From: Bacteroidota bacterium
Lineage (GTDB): Bacteria; Bacteroidota; Ignavibacteria; Kapaibacteriales; UBA2268
Direction of reading: 5' to 3'
Assembly (NCBI GenBank): GCA_021824625.1
Contig: JAKAKE010000008.1
Coordinates: forward strand, 1-59,163
DNA length: 59,163 bases
Shown: positions 38,980-47,869 of the stretch, one piece after another
Layout: each line of letters starts with the position of its first letter
Position numbering within the stretch: position 1 is the stretch's first letter
Translations under genes and position numbers: made by a program
Notes under the pieces: generated by a model
Told to the model about the DNA's origin: nothing
Databases searched by the model: none
The model's input: only the letters and a program-made list of their open reading frames with translations

Positions 38980-39978
38980 TTAATTGTTGAGAGCTCCATT
39001 TGTTACCCATATTTCAAGCTGCCTAAGATTACAATCCGATAATTTCATGTTATTATCAGGCATTGGTACAAATTTAGGTAGATGTTTAATAGCTCCCATG
39101 AACTTTCCATTATCTACAAGTTTTTTTACATTGGGATATCCCTCAAGAGTGATTTTCCCTTGTGGGTCCACATTACTATGACATCCGATACAATTCAGTT
39201 CAAGGATAGGAATTATTGTTTTACCATAAGTGACTGTTGTCGTATCGCATCCTCCTATAGGAGTATCAGAGCAATCCTTATCCAAAGCACCTTCGGCAAT
39301 CCATCTTGCAATCATTGAAATTTGTTGAGATGTAAGACGTTTTTTTGGGGGTGGAGGCATCCTGTCGTCCTCTTCATCACTAAGATTGGTTATGATCTTA
39401 TATATTTTACTTTCTCTGGTATTACCGGGCTTTATTCCTTTTCTGACAATGTTCATATATGAATCTAAGATATAATCTTCCTTAGCAGTACCTTTATTAT
39501 GGCATCCGCTTACGGCACAATTTGAATTAAAGATAGGCAATATATCTCTTCTGAAACAAATACCTGTATCTGTTGAAGGATCATAATTAAAGATATTAAT
39601 TACTGCATATCTTTGATGACGAACATCTATTTTAGGAAAAGCTTTAATCATGGCAGTTACTTTTTGCTGTTTTATTCCGGGATTTGAATAGTATGTAACA
39701 TTTTCACCTTCGGTTTTTGACAATGAACCGCCTCCCATAATTACCTGCCATATAATTGTTTTGTTCGGTAATGGTACATTGTTCCTGCTTGTGAGAAGAG
39801 TATCTTTTAATAATCCCTTCAGTTGTACTGTATCACCGGCACGGATATTTACAGTATCCGGAGAAACTCTAAAAACTATTTTATATGAATCGGTGTTTGG
39901 ACCTTGTATGTCCTCACTACATGAATAAAGTATAATTGCTGCTATTATACTTAAGAATTGTGTAATATATTTGAGCAT
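38980..39978 (-). CDS. Lipoprotein with an Ig-like domain and two planctomycete-type cytochrome c domains
   Basis: LYSC lipobox; ILPIFNSNCAVSGCH...RMPP...WIAEGA and IIPILELNCIGCH...PMP...WVTNGA. Confidence 0.82.
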   Translation of the reverse strand: MLKYITQFLSIIAAIILYSCSEDIQGPNTDSYKIVFRVSPDTVNIRAGDTVQLKGLLKDTLLTSRNNVPLPNKTIIWQVIMGGGSLSKTEGENVTYYSNPGIKQQKVTAMIKAFPKIDVRHQRYAVINIFNYDPSTDTGICFRRDILPIFNSNCAVSGCHNKGTAKEDYILDSYMNIVRKGIKPGNTRESKIYKIITNLSDEEDDRMPPPPKKRLTSQQISMIARWIAEGALDKDCSDTPIGGCDTTTVTYGKTIIPILELNCIGCHSNVDPQGKITLEGYPNVKKLVDNGKFMGAIKHLPKFVPMPDNNMKLSDCNLRQLEIWVTNGALNN

Positions 39979-40083
39979 TATTCATTTCAATATTAATATC
40001 AAAAATATTTTTTTAAATTAGTTAAAGCTAATTTTTAATTTTATTCGTTATTGTATAAGAATACCAAATCAAAAAAATATTTT

Positions 40084-40452
40084 ATGCTAATAAAAATAAA
40101 TTTTATTTTATTGTTTTTTTTCTTGTTGTCATTATTTTCATGTGAGGATGATTTCCCATTTGAAGCAAAAAAGAATTTACCTGAAGGGCATAATGAAGAT
40201 TTTGGGATAGCATATCATAAAAAAGGCTATAAATATCCTTATGAATATGATAGTTCAAGAGGTGAACCGAACTGTGCAGGTGCAAAGTGCCATCATAGCG
40301 ATTTAAGGGGAGGCTTGGCTGAATCAGACAGCTTGCGGGCAGTGTCACCATCATGCTATCAATGCCATGGAAAATTATGGATTGAAATAGACACAGCATT
40401 TAGAAAAATTACAAATTTAAAATTACGAATTAATGTTAGGGATTCAACATGA
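40084..40452 (+). CDS. Small putative di-heme cytochrome c lipoprotein
   Basis: LFSC lipobox; CAGAKCH and CYQCH motifs. Confidence 0.72.
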   Translation: MLIKINFILLFFFLLSLFSCEDDFPFEAKKNLPEGHNEDFGIAYHKKGYKYPYEYDSSRGEPNCAGAKCHHSDLRGGLAESDSLRAVSPSCYQCHGKLWIEIDTAFRKITNLKLRINVRDST

Positions 40453-40970
40453 AAAATATATTTATTTTATTTATTCTAACAATGAATATATTATTTTCAA
40501 ATATTCTTTTATCTGTTCCGAATGAAAATTCTGCTGATATTAAAGTTGGGAATTTGGCACCGGATTTTAAAGGAGAAATTTTGGACGGTAAGGAATTGAA
40601 ACTATCGGATTATAAAGGAAAAGTAATTTTACTGGATTTTTGGGCGAGCTGGTGCGGGCCTTGCCAGAAGGAACTGCCTTTCTTATTTCAAATGTATGAT
40701 GATAATGAAGACAGAAATTTTATTACTATTGCCGTTAATATTGATAAGAAATTAAATTCGGCACAGAAATTTTTGGATAAACTTACGGAGAAAGCTCATT
40801 TCCCGATAGTGTGGGACAGTAAATCGGAAATCCCTGCTTTATACAATATCGAATCAATGCCTACTACAATTTTTATTGATAAAAATGGTGTAATCAGGTT
40901 TATACATACCGGATTTACTGATTCATCAAAGGATTTGCTTAGGCAGGAATTAGAAGAACTGCTGAAATAA
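40449..40970 (+). CDS. TlpA/ResA-family thiol-disulfide oxidoreductase
   Basis: LDFWASWCGPCQKELP and MPTTIFID motifs. Confidence 0.93.
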   Translation: MKNIFILFILTMNILFSNILLSVPNENSADIKVGNLAPDFKGEILDGKELKLSDYKGKVILLDFWASWCGPCQKELPFLFQMYDDNEDRNFITIAVNIDKKLNSAQKFLDKLTEKAHFPIVWDSKSEIPALYNIESMPTTIFIDKNGVIRFIHTGFTDSSKDLLRQELEELLK

Positions 40971-40992
40971 TTATGAATTGTGGATATGTATT

Positions 40993-41208
40993 ATGAAAAA
41001 AATTAGAATATTAATATTTGTTTTGTTGATTGGATTGTGTGTTGGGTGTTCGACAGTTCAGCCCTGGGAGAGGGAAAGCCTGTCGAGTCCTATCATGATA
41101 TTTGATAAAAACCCGATAGAGAAAGGCATTAAAATTCATCATATAGAATTTCGTGAAGGCTCTGCAGGTGCTACCGGCTCACAAAGCGGCGGATGCGGTT
41201 GCGGGTGA
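40993..41208 (+). CDS. DUF4266-family small lipoprotein
   Basis: VGCSTVQPWERE, FREGSAG and C-terminal GGCGCG. Confidence 0.88.
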   Translation: MKKIRILIFVLLIGLCVGCSTVQPWERESLSSPIMIFDKNPIEKGIKIHHIEFREGSAGATGSQSGGCGCG

Positions 41209-42449
41209 AATTAATTACGGATTACAAATTACGAATTGTGCTTAAGAATTTTAATCTTAGATTGTTATTAAGATTTACTTTATTAATAATATTAATTACT
41301 AATTTTCAAGTGATTGTAAGTAAATCTCAGGAACTTCCGCCGGATGCAATTCAGGTGGATTTCAATAGTTATTTTGATAATTTTGGTGTTTCAATTATAT
41401 ATCCTGAAGTTTCATTTTCAAAATCATTATCCGAAGGTACAAGTATTAACGGGAGAGTATTAGTGGACGTAATTACTACTGCTTCGATGAAAAGTCATTT
41501 CGACAGTGTTTATTCATTTGTAAATACAAAGCAAGGTTTGGATGCATTCACTTCGGCAAGCAAAAGAACACACGGAGGCAGTGATAATATACCCGATGAA
41601 TTAAGAGGTGAATTTGGTTTCGGCATTGTGCAGTTACTTGGTGATGCAACTGCTTCATTGACAAACTTATATAGTATCGAACACGATTATTCATCAGAAA
41701 CAATTGCAGGAAGCCTTTCAATTCCATTCGCAAAAAAGAATACAACAATTCAACTTGGAATAGTGGAAAGCTGGGATAAAAATTATCCCCAAACAAGAAC
41801 ATGGACAGCAGATAAATCAGTTTTATCGTCAACTCTGACATTTACACAAATATTCAGCACTGATTTTATTGCACAATTGGAATTGTTTTACAGCAATTTA
41901 TCGGGATTTTTATCCGACCCTTATCAAGTAGTAACTGTTGTAAATTATGACTCATCTTATTTGCAAAAATTTGAACCGGTTTATCCTGATTACAGGAATA
42001 GAGCCGCCGCCGGTTTTAGAACCCTTATAAGACTGGCTGATATATCTTCACTTCAGTTAGGATATAGATATTATACAGATGATTGGGATATTAAATCTCA
42101 CACATTATCAGGTTTATATCAACACCAATTGTTCGAGGATAAATTACTTCTGGGTGCAGGTATCAGAACTTATTTTCAGAGTAAAGCAAAATTCTTCAAA
42201 GCTGAATATGATAAACCGGAAGAATTTATGAGTGTCGACCCGAAATTGAATGGAATTTTCTCAAATGAATTTGAATTTAATTTATCTTTGAATGGTTCAT
42301 TAATACCAATTATAGAAAATGAAAAATTAGAATTGAATGGAAGATTTAATTTATATATAAGGAAAACAGATTCTCCTGACTGGCACTCAAGATATGATAA
42401 GCTTTATGCATTTCTTATGAGTTTCGGTTTCAGGTTTATTTTGAATTAA
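41193..42449 (+). CDS. DUF3570-family outer-membrane beta-barrel
   Basis: Overlaps DUF4266; DVITTAS/DAFTSAS, EHDYSS, LSDPY and YRYYTDDWDIKSHT motifs. Confidence 0.82.
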   Translation: MRLRVKLITDYKLRIVLKNFNLRLLLRFTLLIILITNFQVIVSKSQELPPDAIQVDFNSYFDNFGVSIIYPEVSFSKSLSEGTSINGRVLVDVITTASMKSHFDSVYSFVNTKQGLDAFTSASKRTHGGSDNIPDELRGEFGFGIVQLLGDATASLTNLYSIEHDYSSETIAGSLSIPFAKKNTTIQLGIVESWDKNYPQTRTWTADKSVLSSTLTFTQIFSTDFIAQLELFYSNLSGFLSDPYQVVTVVNYDSSYLQKFEPVYPDYRNRAAAGFRTLIRLADISSLQLGYRYYTDDWDIKSHTLSGLYQHQLFEDKLLLGAGIRTYFQSKAKFFKAEYDKPEEFMSVDPKLNGIFSNEFEFNLSLNGSLIPIIENEKLELNGRFNLYIRKTDSPDWHSRYDKLYAFLMSFGFRFILN

Positions 42450-42462
42450 ATATGGAGGACTT

Positions 42463-43146
42463 ATGAATAGAAGACAATTTGTCGGAGGAAGCATATTGAC
42501 AGCAGGCGGTTTTATTGCATTTAATAAGATTTTTGCAAAAAACAGTTTAAATATAAATTCAAATAAAATAAATTTCAATTCAATAGATATCGAAATATTA
42601 TGCGATGAACCAAATATCGCATATGATTCCTTATCATCATTTTTGAAATTATTAAATGTTTCGAATGTGAAAATCGAAGAACATCAGCTTATCGGGAATT
42701 ACACAGGTGATATTGTTTTTATTTATAATAATTGCCTTGTGAATTACAAAGCCGATAATACAAAACATTCTCATCTTGTGAAAAACATCAGTGAAAATCT
42801 TCGGCTTCCAAGGAAAATTAAGAATCCAACACTCATTAAAGCCGTAACAAATACAAAAAATACTTCACCGAAATTTGTCAATGTATTTATAGATAATAAA
42901 ATTGTTGACAAATTAAAAATTGATGAGAATAAAAAGGATATACATGTTTCAACTAATAATGGTGATTTATATTTTTCAATAAATAATCATAATGTGTTTG
43001 CAACACATAGTTCCTGCAAACATAAGACCTGCATACACGCAGGGGCTATAAACAAAGCAGGACAGAATATAATTTGCGTTCCGAATAATATCAGGATTGC
43101 TTTAGATGGGAATCATGAACAGAGTATGGATGCGATTACTTTTTAA
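42463..43146 (+). CDS. Tat-signal protein with a C-terminal NusG domain II (Lin0431-like)
   Basis: MNRRQFV twin-arginine motif; SSCKHKTCIHAGAI...IICVPNNI...DAI. Confidence 0.8.
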   Translation: MNRRQFVGGSILTAGGFIAFNKIFAKNSLNINSNKINFNSIDIEILCDEPNIAYDSLSSFLKLLNVSNVKIEEHQLIGNYTGDIVFIYNNCLVNYKADNTKHSHLVKNISENLRLPRKIKNPTLIKAVTNTKNTSPKFVNVFIDNKIVDKLKIDENKKDIHVSTNNGDLYFSINNHNVFATHSSCKHKTCIHAGAINKAGQNIICVPNNIRIALDGNHEQSMDAITF

Positions 43147-43155
43147 TTATGAATT

Positions 43156-44187
43156 ATGGTTATTAAAATTATACTGTTTTTCATTGTATTCGTTTTACCA
43201 TATACATTTTATTCACAGAGTGACAGTGATGTCAAACCTCTTTATGAAGTGAATGTATCTAAAAATTTATTAGGCACTGTTATCGAGGCAAAAGTAATTC
43301 ACGAAGATATAAACAAAGCAAAATCATCCCTGTATTTAGCTTTCAAAGAAATTGAAAGAATTGACAGTGCCTATAATCTATATCATACAGGAAGTCCTGT
43401 TTACCTCATTAATTGTAATGCTGGAATAAAAAGCCGGAAAATACCTTATGAAACATTTCAACTAATCAAAAGAGCAACAGAATATTCAAAAAAATACGAA
43501 CAGTTGTTCGACATTACAATTGGCCCAATTTCTGACTTATGGGGATTCAATTCAGAAAACGAAATACAGATTCCTTCAAAATATATTTTGGATTCATTAT
43601 TAAAACTTGTTGATTATCGAAATATTATTTTAAATGACAAAGACACATCTGTATTTCTTAAGAACAAAAGAATGATGCTCGATTTGGGAGGTATAGCAAA
43701 AGGTTTTGCTGTAGATAGGGCATCAGCAATAATTAAGGGATTAGGTATAAACAACTTTTTAATAAATGCAGGTGGCGATATTTGTGTTCATGGTAAAAAC
43801 AGAAAAAATGAGCCCTGGGCAATTGGGATAAAACATCCAAGAAAGACTGATTCTCTGCTTGCAAGTTTTAATGCAACTAATACCTGCATTGCCACAAGCG
43901 GCGATTACGAAAGATATATTGATATTGATGGAATAAGGTATCATCATATATTATATCCAAAAACCGGAATGCCCGGATGGAAGAGCCGGAGCGTTACAGT
44001 ATTGTTTAACACAACAGAAGAAGCAACCGTACTTGCGAAATATATTTTTTTAATCGGATACAAAAAATTCGAAAGGTTGAGTTTATCAAAAGAAATTAAA
44101 TATTTCATTGTAGATAATGAAGGAAAAATCAGTTACAGCAATTCACTACTCAAAGAAAATTCAATTAAAATATTTGAGAAAAAATAG
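43156..44187 (+). CDS. apbE: FAD:protein FMN transferase
   Basis: FDITIGP, LDLGGIAKGFAVD, NAGGD, ATSGDYERY and RYHHI motifs. Confidence 0.95.
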   Translation: MVIKIILFFIVFVLPYTFYSQSDSDVKPLYEVNVSKNLLGTVIEAKVIHEDINKAKSSLYLAFKEIERIDSAYNLYHTGSPVYLINCNAGIKSRKIPYETFQLIKRATEYSKKYEQLFDITIGPISDLWGFNSENEIQIPSKYILDSLLKLVDYRNIILNDKDTSVFLKNKRMMLDLGGIAKGFAVDRASAIIKGLGINNFLINAGGDICVHGKNRKNEPWAIGIKHPRKTDSLLASFNATNTCIATSGDYERYIDIDGIRYHHILYPKTGMPGWKSRSVTVLFNTTEEATVLAKYIFLIGYKKFERLSLSKEIKYFIVDNEGKISYSNSLLKENSIKIFEKK

Positions 44188-44189
44188 CA

Positions 44190-45518
44190 CTACGATGCTT
44201 GAAGCAAAGTATCAGCACTGCTTCTCTTTCCATGAACTATGTTAGGTGCGATGAATGTTCTTTTCTCTTTAACTGCTTTTTCAAATTCATCTCTGAACCT
44301 GGTAACAAAGCCGCGAACGGGCCATGCGGCGGCATCACCTAATGCACAAATAGTATTTCCCTCGATATTATTTGCAATAGAAACTAATAAATCAAGGTCT
44401 TTAGATGTTGCATCACCGGATTCGATTCTGCGTAAAACATTTTCCATCCAGCCGCATCCTTCACGACAGGGTGTGCATTGTCCGCAGGATTCATGATGAT
44501 AGAAATGTGCTATTCTCAATGTTGCTTTTACAATGTCAGTGTCTTCATCCATGACAATAATTCCACCTGTGCCGATGTGTGTCCCGAGAACCTTCAATGA
44601 CTCTTCATCCATCTTGACACCTTCAATTTCATCTCCCCGCAGTGGAGGCATTGATGAACCGCCCGGAATTACTGCTTTAATTTTTTTATTATTTTTAACT
44701 CCGCCGCAATAATTAAAAATAATATCAGTAAGAAGTGTACCTGTTGGAAGTTCAAATACCCCTGGTTTATTCACATGTCCACTTACACCGAAAAGAAGTG
44801 TTCCCGGATGTCCCGGTGCTCCTATTTTTGCGAAATTATCTCCGCCCATTTTTAAAATAGGTGTAACAGTAGAAATAGTTTCAACATTATTTACTGTTGT
44901 CGGCATATCCCAAAGTCCGCGTTGTGCAGGGAAAGGTGGTTTAACACGCGGATAGCCTCTATCGCCTTCGATGGATGTCATCAACGAGGTTTCTTCACCG
45001 CAGATGTATGCACCTGCACCTTTGTGAACATATATATCGAGACAATAATTATTTCCGAATGTTTCCTTCATTTTTTGTCCGATAAATCCTTTTGAATAAG
45101 CATCATCAATTGCATTTTGCATTAGATTTATCCATTTGTGATATTCACCGCGAATATAAATATATGCGGCATTGATTCCCATTGCATAACCTGATATTAA
45201 AATACCTTCAATCAATTGATGAGGATTGCGTTCGAATATTTGCCTGTCTTTGAATGAGCCGGGTTCTGATTCATCGCCATTGACAGCGAGATATTTCGGT
45301 TTATCCGAGCCTTTAGGCATGAATGTCCATTTCAAGCCTGTTGGGAATGCGGCACCGCCTCTGCCTCGAAGCCCTGACTTTCTTACTTCATTTGTAACAT
45401 CATCCGGTGACATTTTAATGGCTTTGCGATATGTCTCATAGCCGCCGTTGGCTAAGTAAACATCTAACTTATGATAATCAGGTATATCGTGCAATATCAA
45501 TCTTAGCGTATCATTCAT
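44190..45518 (-). CDS. nuoF: NADH-quinone oxidoreductase subunit F
   Basis: SGLRGRGGA.FPTG.KW, NGDESEPG, GAGAYICGEET, ESCGQCTPCREG and TICALG motifs; TAATTTTG on the minus strand at 45548-45555. Confidence 0.95.
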   Translation of the reverse strand: MNDTLRLILHDIPDYHKLDVYLANGGYETYRKAIKMSPDDVTNEVRKSGLRGRGGAAFPTGLKWTFMPKGSDKPKYLAVNGDESEPGSFKDRQIFERNPHQLIEGILISGYAMGINAAYIYIRGEYHKWINLMQNAIDDAYSKGFIGQKMKETFGNNYCLDIYVHKGAGAYICGEETSLMTSIEGDRGYPRVKPPFPAQRGLWDMPTTVNNVETISTVTPILKMGGDNFAKIGAPGHPGTLLFGVSGHVNKPGVFELPTGTLLTDIIFNYCGGVKNNKKIKAVIPGGSSMPPLRGDEIEGVKMDEESLKVLGTHIGTGGIIVMDEDTDIVKATLRIAHFYHHESCGQCTPCREGCGWMENVLRRIESGDATSKDLDLLVSIANNIEGNTICALGDAAAWPVRGFVTRFRDEFEKAVKEKRTFIAPNIVHGKRSSADTLLQAS

Positions 45519-45626
45519 ATTTCATTATCCATTTTAAACACAATATTCAAAATTAATTTTTTTCTCATCAATAATAAAATACTTTAAGGTTTTTTATATT
45601 AATTCATCATTCATAATTCAAAATTT

Positions 45627-46310
45627 TTATTTTGGAATTGGAACCGAATTCATCCTCCCCTGAATGAACCTCACTCTATTCTCAATATAATTAGTTGGAG
45701 CGGCTGGTGACCACCTCCTTGGATTAGGAAGCACAGCACCTAATAAAGCCGCCTGACGTCTTGTCAAATCTTTTGCAGATTCATGAAAATACTCCTGTGA
45801 TGCCGCTTCAACACCATAAATACCGTCGCCAAATTCAACAATATTGACATATACTTCGATGATTCTCTTTTTTCCCCAAATGAATTCAATCAAATACGTA
45901 AAGTAAACTTCCAATCCTTTTCTCACATAATTTCTTCCATGCCATAGAAATGCATTCTTTGCAGTTTGCATTGTTATCGTACTTGCACCGTGTGTCTTTT
46001 TCCCTTTATGAATTTCATTATATCTTTGTGCGGTTCTGACAGCTTTCCAGTCAATCCCTTCATGCCTCATAAATCTTGCATCCTCGCCTGAAATCACAGC
46101 CCTGAACATATTCGGTGAAATATCATCATATGATACCCACGAGTATGTAATTCCAACAATTTTTCCTTCAAATAATCCTTCAAACACCCTGATAATCATA
46201 ACAGGTGTAACGGGTGGAGGCACAAATTTATAAATTACAACAATTAAAATTGAATAAATAAAAAAACTTACAACACACCAAAATAGAATTTTAAATAATC
46301 TCTTAATCAT
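45627..46310 (-). CDS. mtgA: Monofunctional peptidoglycan transglycosylase
   Basis: EDARFMRHEGID, GASTITMQTAKN, RKGLE and LPNP motifs. Confidence 0.95.
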   Translation of the reverse strand: MIKRLFKILFWCVVSFFIYSILIVVIYKFVPPPVTPVMIIRVFEGLFEGKIVGITYSWVSYDDISPNMFRAVISGEDARFMRHEGIDWKAVRTAQRYNEIHKGKKTHGASTITMQTAKNAFLWHGRNYVRKGLEVYFTYLIEFIWGKKRIIEVYVNIVEFGDGIYGVEAASQEYFHESAKDLTRRQAALLGAVLPNPRRWSPAAPTNYIENRVRFIQGRMNSVPIPK

Positions 46311-46386
46311 AATTGAACTGATAAATTAAACTTATCCATGAATATTATTTCAAAATTAAACATTTCTTTCATTAATAATTAACTAC

Positions 46387-46418
46387 AATTCGTAATTCAT
46401 AATTCGTAATTCGTAATT
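46387..46418 (-). repeat. Heptamer tandem run overlapping the queA stop
   Basis: The + strand reads aattcgt aattcat aattcgt aattcgt aatt; it encodes the terminal ITNYEL*. Confidence 0.85.
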
Positions 46419-47728
46419 AAAGAAGAGTCTCCGTAGCTCAGGAAACGGTAATCATTATTTAATGCGTAATCATAAATCTCTTTCCAGAACTCTTTACCGG
46501 CAAATGCAGCTACGAGCAGTACCAGAGTGCTTTTTGGAAGGTGATAATTTGTTATCAAACTATTAACAATTTTAAATTTATATCCTGGTAAGATGAATAA
46601 ACTTGTTTTTGCTGTAAATTCTTTCAAATTATTTTCTGATATATAAAGTAATATCGCTCCTAATGCTTCAATTTCAGTAGGAAGCTTAATATTATTTGCA
46701 ATTTCATAAGATTCCCATTGCTCCAATGTTTGAATGTCATCAGCATTTATATTTTTGTTTAATATTAATTTGCATCCGAACCAGTACAAAGATTCCAATG
46801 TTCGCAGAGTAGTCGTACCGGTCGCAATAATTCTATTATTTTCCGATTTACTATAGTTGGATATTGAATTATTCTCTGTATTTTTCAAATATTGAATTAT
46901 ATTTTCAAGTGTATGTTTGGTTACCGATATTCTCTCTGAGTGCATCTCATGTTTATTAACATCATCAACATCAATTGGTTTAAAGGTACCGGGACCAACA
47001 TGTAAAACAATATTTTCTGTTTTAATATTTTTCTTGTTGAGTTGCTTTATTATTTCATCAGTAAAATGGAAACCGGCAGTTGGTGCAGCTACCGAGCCAT
47101 TCGATTGCGCATATACTGTCTGATACCAATGTTTATCCTCTAATTTTATGTTACGGTTGATATAGGGTGGTAAAGGTACATTTCCGATTTTAATTAATAC
47201 ATCCGAGAATGTAAGATTTTCAGGTAACCAGTAAAATTTAACTATGGCTTCGTTTTGTCTTCTGTTAATAATCGCAGCTTTTAAAATAATTTCATTCTCA
47301 AAATTTACAGATAAATTCATTCCTTCTTTAATTCTTTTACCACCCACAAAACATAGCCAACAACATTCGCCCTTTAAGCTAAGTGCAATCTGCGGGCCTG
47401 TATTTTTTCCCGCTTTATTAAAGTGGGATTCAGCGAGATTTTCAATAACAGGTTCAATCAAAAGCAGCTCAACCAATCCACCCGTTGCTTTATTTAATAA
47501 TAGCCTTGCCGGAATAACTTTGGTTGTATTAAATACAAGTAATGAATCAGCTGGTATTAAATCAGGTAATTGTAAAAATTTGTGGTGTGAAATTTTCTTA
47601 GTTTTTGAATCAGCAAATAACAATTTACTACTTGAACGTTCTTCTAATGGATATTCAGCAATTTTATTATGCGGCAATTCATAATTATAATCATCAATAT
47701 TTATTTTTGGTATATATTCAGCCTGCAT
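46397..47728 (-). CDS. queA: S-adenosylmethionine:tRNA ribosyltransferase-isomerase
   Basis: VFNTTKVIPARL, VPLPPYI, SVAAPTAG.HF, LHVGPGTF and YRFLSYGDS motifs; start uncertain. Confidence 0.95.
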   Translation of the reverse strand: MQAEYIPKINIDDYNYELPHNKIAEYPLEERSSSKLLFADSKTKKISHHKFLQLPDLIPADSLLVFNTTKVIPARLLLNKATGGLVELLLIEPVIENLAESHFNKAGKNTGPQIALSLKGECCWLCFVGGKRIKEGMNLSVNFENEIILKAAIINRRQNEAIVKFYWLPENLTFSDVLIKIGNVPLPPYINRNIKLEDKHWYQTVYAQSNGSVAAPTAGFHFTDEIIKQLNKKNIKTENIVLHVGPGTFKPIDVDDVNKHEMHSERISVTKHTLENIIQYLKNTENNSISNYSKSENNRIIATGTTTLRTLESLYWFGCKLILNKNINADDIQTLEQWESYEIANNIKLPTEIEALGAILLYISENNLKEFTAKTSLFILPGYKFKIVNSLITNYHLPKSTLVLLVAAFAGKEFWKEIYDYALNNDYRFLSYGDSSLITNYEL

Positions 47729-47834
47729 AATTAGTCCCATTATTGTTCCCCATATCAAAGAGCCTGTCCTGAGTATATGGAAGGAGGGGAAGGTGGTTGT
47801 TTGGGATAGAATTATTTAATAAATATAAAACCTC

Positions 47835-47869
47835 AATTCGTAATTCGTAATTCATAATTAGTAATTGAT
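47835..47869 (-). repeat. Heptamer tandem run directly after the secA stop
   Basis: The + strand reads aattcgt aattcgt aattcat aattagt aattgat. Confidence 0.88.

Noticed and set aside
41203-41240. Selenocysteine readthrough in DUF4266 (GGG TGA AAT TAA would give ...CGCG-U-N)
   Set aside because: The GGCGC motif is already complete before the TGA, and the downstream sequence is an AT-rich heptamer run with no convincing SECIS hairpin.
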